From: Girardia tigrina
Taxonomy: Eukaryota
DNA length: 61,401 bases
NCBI GenBank assembly: GCA_001938485.1
Contig: MQRK01190407.1
Location: 1-61,401 of the forward strand
Reading direction: 5' to 3'
The notes beneath the pieces are model-generated. The model did no database searches and had not been told where the DNA came from. It saw nothing but the letters and a program-made list of their open reading frames with translations. A program made the position numbers and the translations under genes. Positions 25,601 through 37,695 of this stretch are shown piece by piece (the first letter of the stretch is position 1; each line of letters starts with the position of its first letter).

Positions 25601-28600
25601 ATATTAAGGAATATCTCTGTAATTCTAAGGTATTGCATAATTATACATTGTGATAAAAACCTCTGAATATTCTTTTATTGTATCGTAATACACAATAACG
25701 CTTTCACACAATCACACAATACTCATCACGAAATGTCTAAGACGAAATGTTCTGCAATATATTTGGCATATTTTATCATTGTCAAATAATGATAGTGTAA
25801 GACCATTATAAGATAACATTAAACAACTGTTATAGAAAAACTAATTTCAAATCAATGTCAATAATTCAGATTCAATATATACAATAAAGTAAAAGAAGAG
25901 TTGTAAACAGTACACCGACACTTCATAACTTTGCTTAAAATTAATTGAAATGTGATTTTAACAAAGCTTACATAGAAATTAAAAACATTAATATTCTTAT
26001 AAAATTTATTATTTCATATCAAATTGATTAGAATATTTTTCAGGGAGTTGTCAGATCAGTCTCTGTTGTCGAATCTTCAGATACGATATAGTCAGAAATT
26101 AATATATGTTATTATTCTTCTTTGACTTTTTCCAATTATGTTGTATTATTTTTAGACGTACATTGGGAGTATTCTCATAAGTATCAATCCATACACAGAA
26201 CTTGGGATTTATGAAACGAAAAATATTCAGTCCTACCAGAACAAGTCAATGCAGGATATGCCACCGTAAGTTTACCTACAATTATACAATGATACATCTT
26301 TATACGTTCATATGTAAAAATATGACTTTTAGCTAACGAATTAAGGGAAAAGGAATAATCCATTCCCACAAAAATAAATCGTCTTATTATTGACAAACAA
26401 GACTTGTGCAAAGCGTATCTATTCTGAGGAACCACTGTACTAAATAATTAAATTTCGTTTTACAAAAATATAATCTCGGTTATTATCAATAGACTTCAGT
26501 TTTACAATTAAACTAAATAATTACAAAGTTTTAATGTAAAATTTGAAAGAAATTAAAATATTATTTATGAAACCAATTTGAAAAATGTCTATTCGAGATT
26601 TGTAAATTAAATTTTCTTGCCTCATATTTTTTCATCCAAAATCACATATTCTTTCAGACATGTGTTACTGAAAAAATATTTTTTTATTATTTATTTATTT
26701 ATTACTTTTATTTTTTAAAAGTAAAATACATTTAGAAGTTTTGAAATTTAGCAAATTTATCATTTTTGACATGATCAAAAACATTTTGACGGAAACTAAC
26801 TAGCAAAGAAGCAAAGCAATATTAAATAAAAGAAATAGTAATCCAGTTAGGAAAACATGAAAGAAGCTCAGTGAAGCAGAAATTAGCCGATTTGACCGAA
26901 CATTGTTGCCAGTTAAGGAAAATAAATTAATTAAATAATTAAGTAAAAGTAAATTAAATTAAAATAATTAAATAAATTAAAATAATTAACTAAATCCTTT
27001 TAATTAAATAAAAAAAGTAATTAAATAAATCAATTAAATTAAAGAAAAATAATTTAAAAAGTTCAAATAAAATTAATAATTGAACGATTTAATCTATTTT
27101 CAGTAGTTTCGTTTGTCTTTTCTTTTTACTGATGTTAGTTTGTCAATTCAATCTTATATTCATAATCTGCGTCAGTACTCATTAATAAATTAATCAAGGA
27201 AAATGTAAATTGTGAAATTTGAATGAATTGTGAGCCTCCTTTTGTTTTTATCATTGTTAAAATCGGTCGTGATTTCAAATCAATTTGAACGACCAATTGG
27301 GTAAGTTGTTGTGTGAATGTCTGGATTGCATGTATGAAGATGTGATTATGTAATTGCTTTGTTGATTTGTTGCAATAGGTGAATGCATGTTAATGAGTGA
27401 ATTTTTGTCTCAATTTAAAAATTTTTAAAACCTGAGAATTTAAAAAGGTTTTGGGTAAAGTGTAAAATAATAAAAGTTGTCGGTTTTCAAAAAAAAGTGT
27501 TTTTCAACAAATAAAAAAATCTTGTGAATTCGTCTTATCTATTGTGATTCTAGCTGTAAATTATACAAAAAAATGGATAAAAAACCAGTTTATTTATGTA
27601 AAAACTTTAAAGAACTTCAGAAAAAGTCTGAAATCTCAAAATATGTTACTAACAGTATCATGAAGACATGTGAAACATTGTCGAAAGTCTATGAGCAATA
27701 TGAAAAATCTCTTCTCGAAAAAGATGAGGAAATAGCGTACATCTATGTCATGAGATTCCTGACGATGGTTTGTGAAGTTAAAAAGTCATTTAAAAGCGAT
27801 ACAAAATACATTAACGTGATGTTCAATTCCGAGAAAGTCAATCAGGCATTTGAGAAAGCAGAAAAGTTAAAAGAGAGTTTACAAGCGCGATATGAGCTCG
27901 ATAAACAAAGAGAAATGGAAATAAAAAAGGAACCAGTGAAAGACTTCAGTAATGTCGTGAAGGAATTCGTTAGCGTGGAAGAATTCTACAAATGTATCAA
28001 ACAGAATGAGAATGTATTGATTATTGATTCGCGACCGGAATCAGAATTTGCTGCGTGTCACATTTCTCACACACGAGTTTTTAATATCCCCGCTGATTCT
28101 CTGAGTGCTTTAGATAATAAATCGACGAACACTTCTTCTCTTCCCAAAATAACACGGAGACACGGCTTCCTGTCCACTCAGATTAGTATAAAGTATAAAT
28201 AATCGTATTTTTGACAAATATTACAACCATGAGAACTTTTTAGAAGCATTTATTAAATATCTGATATATTAGTCATATCGTGACCTAGATGGTAAAGTTT
28301 GCGAAGATTAGTTTATGTGGTATCCTTTTTTTAACTTTAAAACAGCCCAATTTGTTGACCAAAGCCAAAAAATGACTCCTTTTCCAAATGTGTTGAATTG
28401 AAAAATAATTCTAATTACAATTCTGAATTCGAATTAAAAGTAAAAAAGTAAATTATTAGGTTGTTAAAGCTTGTGTTTTTTATGCGTGAAATGAAAAAGT
28501 ATATAAAATTAAATTTTTTAAAAACTCTTTCAAAAATAATATCATCAGAATATATTTGGAATTCTGATCATTTTGCAACACTGTTTGTGATGATGATGAT

Positions 28601-31600
28601 AAATTTTCTCGGAAAAACAAAGTGCCTTTCTGTCCATATGTGAAAGACTGGGTACTTGATAATTCTTCAAATGAAAACTTTGATCGGCAAGTCGACAGTG
28701 AACCCGAAAGATGAACCGGGTCTTTTCGAGAAAGTGAAACTGTTCTCAGTGTCATAATTTATGGTTATAAATTCAAAAACCTTCCAGCATCAGCATCAAT
28801 TATCACTAAAAATAAATTAAATCCTTAGCAAACTGTTACCAAATTTGTACCACTAGATTCTGAAAATAAAATTAATTTGATAGTTTTCCTACATTAATAA
28901 TATATTAATATTAATAATATATTAATTTGAAAGAAAAATAAAAGGCGAACTTAAAATGAAATATATAGTTTACTTTGGAGCAATTAAGCTGATAAACAAT
29001 ATCGACACAATAGTCTTCATTCTTGTTTTGTAACATAATTATGCATCTTTACTTGCTTTACTTTTAGATCCTTAATCACAAATAATTTAGATATTATTTT
29101 AATCTGAAAACCTTAAATTATCATAACAGTATAATTGTTCTTAAAATACTATTTTTAATATCTAATAATACTTTTCTTTTTCGAAAAGTCAAGGCTTCTT
29201 CACTTCTCAACACTGTTCCGGTTGTTGAAATATGTTTAAGATAGTTGAAATTAAGTGACCGTGAAAATATAATATTTTAAATTGTAACCTTACTACTTCA
29301 TTACTTCTGAATGTATCTATATAAGTGGCGTGATCAGCTTTTATTTTAATTTTTATCATATTATTTTATAAATTTAATTTTATTTTCTTTGTGATCTTTA
29401 TGTTATTTTTGTTTTATAGAAAATTTGTAAAAATTTTCTAATATAATCATATTAATATTTAAATTTAATGGTTTTTGCATTTTATAAAATCTTTCTTACT
29501 TTATTACTTTCTGAAAGGCATATTTCGACTGTTATCATTATTTCATTGTTTGAAATTCTTTTGGTTGAGAAGCTAAATTTTAATATTTATCGTGATTCTA
29601 ACTGGAAAATCTAGTTCTATGGACTGTGAACATTATGCATGTGTGGTTCAGTCTCTATAATTTGTCATTCTCAAAAACCGATGGGTGAACAAGAAAATTG
29701 TTCAAGTCATACATCATTCGAAAATGTGTAAAATAACTCCAAGGAAATTATTTTACTCTAGGAAGTAAAAGTTGTAACAAGGTTTTCTACTAACGGATAA
29801 CATCAAATAGTAGGTGGACATGAAATAGTAGGTGTAATGAAGTTTTCAAAAAATTTTCCACCTACTATTAAAATAGTAGGTGGAATCAAATAGTAGGTGT
29901 ATNNNNNNNNNNNNNNNNNNNNNNNNNNNNNNNNNNNNNNNNNNNNNNNNNNNNNNNNNNNNNNNNNNNNNNNNNNNNNNNNNNNNNNNNNNNNNNNNNN
30001 NNNNNNNNNNNNNNNNNNNNNNNNNNNNNNNNNNNNNNNNNNNNNNNNNNNNNNNNNNNNNNNNNNNNNNNNNNNNNNNNNNNNNNNNNNNNNNNNNNNN
30101 NNNNNNNNNNNNNNNNTCAAAACAAAAGCACCAAATAGTAGGTGTAAACCAATATTGGGCGCCTTTTCAATTTTTTTTCCACCTACTATTAAAATAGTAG
30201 GTGTCCTACTATTTCATGTTATCCGTTAGTTATTTCACTAATAAAACTCTCCTGGAATAACAATCAAAAACTGGAATAATAGGGATATTGTTAAATGTTA
30301 ATGTGAAAAGTCTTTGATAATGTACTCAAATAAACACAAGTGAGTTATGAGCTTTTTAAAAATGTATCATTTTTGAGCCGGCTTAGTTGTGTAATCTTCA
30401 ATTTCTAAAAGAATAAAAGTGATCATTACAAGTCTATTATATGAATTACTATAGTATTATGTACAGCCTTGTAGCATGGTGCATTGTCCTGCTGAAAGAT
30501 TCCTGCACCTGCACCAAACCACTCATTCATCTGGGAGATAAGTTGTTCTTGTAGAGTAACAAGATATTTAACTGAATTCATTGTGTCGGTCACTGGTAAA
30601 ATGGGCCCAGTCCCATGATGAGAAAAGCACACCCAAAACATTACCTTTATGAGGTATGGCCGATGTTGTACAGTATGTCTGCTCTGCAGACGTTCCCCAC
30701 ACCCACGTCGCACAAACAAGGAACGGGGAGATGTTAGATCTATGCAGCTTTCATCTGAGAAGGCTACCTAAAATTAAATACAAATCAATACAACCATTTA
30801 ATTTTTTATTATCAATTATCTGAAACTAAAATATAATGTAATAATTACCTTTTTCTAATCATTTACAGTTCAGTAGCGATGTTTCATTGCCCATTTCAGA
30901 CGCACGCGCATCTGAGGTGTCCATGAAGGTGATTTAACTGGCCTGTGTGAGACTCTTCCAGAGCGACGAAGGGATCGCTTAACAGTAAAGAAGGTCACAG
31001 AAGTTGCTTCGCCACGAACAGACTTCTGAATGTTTGCAGCAGTAGCTTTTGGGTTTGAGAGAAATGCACGAGCTATTAAACGATCAGTTCTGTGAGATAG
31101 CATTCGTTTTCTTCCACATATTCCTTTTATAGTGACTCCAATTCCCTCTGTCTGTTTTTACCGTGAAAGTATGCGTGATACGGTACTTTGATTCACATGT
31201 AATTGATCAGCAATTGACATTTGAGTAAGACCGTCTTTGAATTTCTCAATCAGAAGTTGGCGGATACAAATTGGTGTGTCCATTTTAATCTAGTGTTCAA
31301 TAAAAGTGATTATGCAATTAATTTAAATGATCACCAAAGCAAATAATATTAAAACCATTGTATAAAATAAAACAAATCACATTCAGACATGTATAATTTA
31401 TGCATAAATAATTTCTTCTTATATTAATTTAATCATATATTGAGTTATATCCAAGTATACAAAGACACATTTCAAAAACAGGGAAATTTGATTTACATAA
31501 CAATTATGTAATTAATATGAAGTAGTAGTACTTTGTTAAAAAACGTTTAAGTGTTTTGCAACATGGATAAATTTAAAATGTAGATGGAAACGAGTGAATA

Positions 31601-34196
31601 CTTTTTAATGTTAAATTGTGTTAAATTTAATGATCAAAATATCTGTCAGTTTTATCAATATAATATAATAAATAACACAATTATTAATTTTTATTACAAA
31701 CTAATTCAAACAAATATTCTACTTTCTTTACTAATTTAAAAATCAATTCGCTAATCTTTATTTTTAAAATAATCTTTAATTTTTATATTTTTATATTTTT
31801 AAAACTGAAAATTAAAAATTCATCTAATCAGATTTAATCATTTTTATTCTCAAAAAATATTTAGTTTTAAACTATTAAAAACATTTAATGCCTAAATCAT
31901 AAAAACATTATACAGTATAAACTCTAAACTTGGCTAAAAGTGTGGAACAAAAAACAGAGTTGTTAACATCTCAATTTTCATTTTCTCCTATTTCATATTC
32001 CAATAATGTATCATTTTCACTATAAGTAATCATAAAAAAATCATCTTGAATATCTGCCTTAAAATCTTAGAATTTTATGCCAAAAACAGAATTTGGCCAA
32101 ATTTAGAGGTTCTACATTCTAAAGCATAAAAAAATATTTATAAACTCAAAAATTCTTATCTTTTTAAACATGATTATTTCTTTTAATTTTACTAAGAAAT
32201 TTAATTTAAAATTCTTATCTTAAATTTACAGTTTAAAAAGTGTACTTTTTAAATTATTTAAATTTTAATAAACGAACGTAACTTTAACTAACCCATCATC
32301 ATATCAATAAAAAAATTGTTGAATCATAGCTTTTTGAAGTGTTTTTTAAAGGAAATTTTATAGATTTTAAAATATATTTGAACAGTAAATTTCAATAAAT
32401 TCACTTGATTTGTTGAGGGTATTATGGCTGACATGTACATGAGTCACAGGGTTCTTTTTTTATGAAAACATCACTAGATATACCTTCAATTTCCATCTTG
32501 AACAATAGTAAATAAAAAGTTTACATATTTATTAAAAATTATTTTTAAAAAACACATGACTGATAATTTAAGTTTATGGGAAAAATTATTTTTTCTAACT
32601 TAGGATAAAATTTTTATTTTAGAGCATCGAAACAGGTCTTATCCAAAGAGATATAGTAGGAAGAAAGGTTAATTTTATGATGGAAAGCAAATAAGTGATA
32701 AAATTTGATCAATTACAAAATAGTTTTAAATATATTCTAAACGTTCTTATTTTCTGCTACAATTAAATAAAGTTTAATACAATTTTAAACCAATTTGATT
32801 GTTCTTTATTGTTGATAATCATAATAAATGATTACTAATTAAATAATATTAACAAAAATGAAACCTACTAACTAACTTTTACTAACTTTTATAACTTAAA
32901 ATGATTCTGGAAATTGTTGATATTAGTCATCTTGTAGTTTGATTATTATTTATTATTGTGAATTTTGATTGTAAATTTTGAAAAAAATCTAAATATCACA
33001 TAGCCAACACAATTAGATTATCTCCAACAATGACAAAAATCAATATTATAAAACATATTTTACATATTTTTACATTTAAATTACTTAAACAAAGTTAACC
33101 TAACTATTTTTTCATTAATGTTATTTCTATGTAATAAAAATTATTTAGCCTTCTTATGATCAACACGATACTAAGATGATCATTACTTTGTAACTGTGAG
33201 AAGTGGTTGCAACCTCAATATCAGGATTCATTTTTTTTAAACACCAAAATTTATTTATATAACAATTCACATCTTTAAAACAAATTTTCCTGTTAATTTA
33301 ATTATCTCGACCCAAATTAATCTATTAAATTCTTTTCTATTTAATTTTTAAAATCCTGNNNNNNNNNNNNNNNNNNNNNNNNNNNNNNNNNNNNNNNNNN
33401 NNNNNNNNNNNNNNNNNNNNNNNNNNNNNNNNNNNNNNNNNNNNNNNNNNNNNNNNNNNNNNNNNNNNNNNNNNNNNNNNNNNNNNTAATTTTAAGATAT
33501 TTAATATTATTTAGATACATTAAAGATATTTTTTATTTTTAAATAAATATTTTACTTTTTTATGATTTTCTTTTATTATATCATTTTTAATTTTTTTAAA
33601 ATATTAAAAATACGTTAAAAATATTTTATTTTTAAAACGTTTTTGATTTTTAATAGTTGTTTTATTATATCATTTTTAATTTTAAAATATTGAATAAGCC
33701 TATTAACATAAAAATATTTTACCCTTTAAATTAAAAAATAATAAATTATTCAGGCGAGATAAAAATTTAAATTAACCCCTCATAGTAACGATCATTTGAA
33801 TAACTCTACAATTTTTGTTGACACCTTTCCTTATCTCAAAAATTATTTTTCATAAAATTTCACATTGTACATTTGGAAAAAAGCATAAAGTTCATATTCG
33901 AAATTATGCTCAAATAAAATATTTTTAAAATGATAAAGTGACTGTATTCGAGCTTTCAATTACTTTTTTTCTAATTTTTAATCTTTATTAATAAATAATA
34001 AATTTATTGAACAACAATTTTTTTCTCCATTACAATATGATTCTTTTCATAATTGAGAAACTGATTTGAATAATTTTTAATTTAGAACTTTCCTTTAAGA
34101 GACACTAAGAGAATTTCTTTCTGTAAATGTTATAATTATATATGAGACACTTCGACATTAATATATAGTATATGCTGCTAAAGGTCCGCAGCATAT

Positions 34197-34231
<35 letters not shown>

Positions 34232-37200
34232 GATATCCGTATTGAAAACAGATATAAGGAGGTAACAATAAAAAATCAACATATTTTCCAAAAAAAATTA
34301 TGAAAATTATTTTAGCGGGATACCGAAAATGTCAAGTGTTGGCACTACATTATGCGACACAAAGTAGATTCTAAGCTCAACACCAAGCAAGAGTCGAAGA
34401 TGAATAAAGAGTGGGAACTTTTATTTTTTTAAAGACAGTACTTGAGTTCCTCAAAAAATATTTGTTTGAAAAATCTATTATGTGATAGAAATAAATTTTT
34501 GTGTCATGATTTTAAATTTTGAATCCGAACCCAATAACTTTAAATTAGAATTCTTTTGAGTTCTACGATAAATGTTTAATATTTATCTATCTGTAACATT
34601 TCATCAAGCAAAACGATTAATACAAATGTAAATAAAACAGATTTCTTTAATAATCCGGGCCTAGAAAAAAAAGCGTTTTCCAACCATAAACTGAAAACTT
34701 GTAACATTTAACATCGATTTATTCATGCATTTTGTCGAGGAAGCTTGTTCACTAATAATTAAAGTGCCTTTCCCAAAATTATTCTGTACTTTAAACTAAA
34801 ACATTTCCCAAATAAATATAGTGTAAAGTATTCAAATTCTTCTTCTTTCTTTAGACATTTATTCGGAATCGGAGAAATTAACTACTCAAAAGCTATGATG
34901 GAAAATGAAAACCAAGTAATCGTTATCAGGTTATTTTTTAAAGTGTCATTAAAACAATTAAAATTAATTGTTTTTTATAATAAGTGGAGAATCTGGAGCT
35001 GGAAAGACTGAAAGCTTTAAGAGGCTGTTGAAATATTTTGCTTACGTTTCTGGGGGATTCAAAGAATCTAAACACAGTTCTGAAATGTCAAATGATATTG
35101 CAACAAAAATATTAGACAGTACTCCGTTACTGGAAAGTTTTGGAAATGCTCAAACAATACGCAATGATAATTCCTCAAGATTTGGAAAATATGTTGAAAT
35201 ATTCTTTGAAAAGTAAATAATAAATTAAAGACAGATTTATTCGTTTAAAATATTAATGTTATAGTTTAAAAGATTCATAGAAAATTCTAGATTATTAAAA
35301 ATAACTGATAAATATATTAGTCAAAGAAATCCAAATACTTAAGTCTACTCCCCGTTTTTGGCGTATACTAGAGTAAACACTGTTCAATAAAAATATAGGA
35401 TGAAAATTCTCTTATTGAATCCACTTGAACATTATTAATCCAATAGTATATTTATTATAAAAAGGAATCTCCCGTTTAATATTTTATATTTAATATACAA
35501 AATAATAACCTTCTTAAATAGCCTATATGTTTCTGAATCTTTTCTCATGTCAATAATCAATTACGCATCACCTATTAAGCGATGAAGATGGAAGGGATTG
35601 TATAACTAAAATTTATTTTTTAAGTATCTTACCATATTTTGGATTTTAATTAGCAGTTCCAAACCCAGCACATATTTTCAAACTCGAGATTTCGGTATTA
35701 CATTTTTCCATATCACCAGATCTCGAATTAAGAACACGGCAATATTCATATTGTGTACTTCAATATACTTCCATTTTTGAAATTGTTATACAATATAGTT
35801 CAGTTAAAAAACTGTGAAACAAGTTAATTAACATGCATGATAATTTGGTTTATGAACTCGCTTTGACAAATGTTAAATAAATAAAAATATAAAAAATAAA
35901 TTTTAACTGAACTATATTGTATAGCAATATAATAAAGTAACAGAATATAATAATTCAGGTTACAATTTAATTTTTTCAATCGATCTCGAGAGAGATTCTT
36001 GGGATGAGAATTGGTTATTGGGTTTTTTGGAATTTTTGTTGTTGATATTGAGGAACAGCCGATGGTAACGAGTGATGATGAGATTCGATAAATTGAGGTC
36101 AGAAATTGCTGTTGTTGAATTGTTCATATCACAAGAAAAGTATTAAAATCCACTGTTGACACTTTTGTAATTCCATGGTAAACATCCTTTGGAAACCGAA
36201 ATAAATGGACAAATTGATAAACCAACACAAGTAAATCTGAATGAAATATTTCCAACTAGCATAAATTAATTATTCATTAATAAAAATGGATGTGGAGATT
36301 CGACATTTCATTAAAATTTTTTTGGGGCACCACCCAACTCGTCCAACGACTACATCTACGCGGACAAAGAACTGGGTGGATTGGGACTGATCTCTGCTCG
36401 AGATGAATACTCAATTCAATCTATTATCCAAAAAACTTGCGAAGAATGTGTGCTGTCTCCAATCTTTTATCTTATAAAAGCCCAAGTCACTCACTGCCTC
36501 ACTGCCTCACTAACGCTCATATTATCTACTTACAATTGTAAGTAGATATTTATATTAATAATAATTCATATGGAAAATTATTATTAGCAGAATTATTCAT
36601 GATAATTTTCCATATGAATTATTATTAATATAATTATCTACTTACAATTGTAAGTAGATAATTAAATTAATAATAATTCATATGGAAAATTATCATGAAT
36701 AATTCTGCTAATAATAATTTTATATTTTTATATTTTATTCATTATATTTTTCGGTAGGATTTTCAACAATGGCAACTTCTCAAAAGGGTAATTTACTGAA
36801 TAATGAACGAGTATTTACCAAAAATATAGTTTATAAAGAAATTTTATAAAGACACTTATTTCTAATGATTAAATGTGGAAAACAAATGAATTTTAAAAAA
36901 AAAATGTCTTGAAAATTTATTTGAAATTTTAACTCTATATAATTATATCCGTCATACATGACGGGTTATTTACTAGTGTCAAATATTGCTCAACGACTTG
37001 CATCAAGCACAGCACTGGCCAATGGAATCCCCTACAAGGAGAGGAAAATTGATGCAATGTAGAGAATTGTATCTCAATGAATGACTGTAGTTCGAGATAT
37101 CTGATCGCTGTCGTTGGACTGCATATCTATCTTGTTTTACAATAAACTGTGTATTTTTTTGTCGAAAATGATTTTAGCAATATTTTTTTCTTCGAATTAA

Positions 37201-37645
37201 CCGAGGATATAATGCTGCTCGAACATTCAGTAAGATCACTAGATTCGAAAATTAATACACAAGCCTCGACCTGAACTTCAGTTTAATATACTATCAAAAC
37301 GAGTTTCATAACATTATGTATTGTGTTGTCATTTCTTTGATTCATAAAATTCAATACTAAAGTAAATTATTTTTGAAAATTTACTGTTAGTTCCCCAAAA
37401 ATTAGGGACTCTAAAATTTGTAGAAATTGTGTTTAGAATTTTTTTAAATTTAATTAATAATCATTCTTTTGAAGTTTCATATTGTTACATTTATAATTTT
37501 AGTAACGCTTAAAACTTCATATTTTAAAATAATTTAAGTTGAGCCTCAAAAGGAATTATTGAATATAATTATAATGGATATAAAAGTTTTTAAATACATA
37601 TAGAATTACATATTTAAAATTAATTTTTTATAAAACTAAATTGTA

Positions 37646-37695
<50 letters not shown>

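Noticed and set aside
26184-26435. Minus-strand 83-aa ORF
   Set aside because: It is antisense to myosin exon 3 and its intron, with no independent coding signature.
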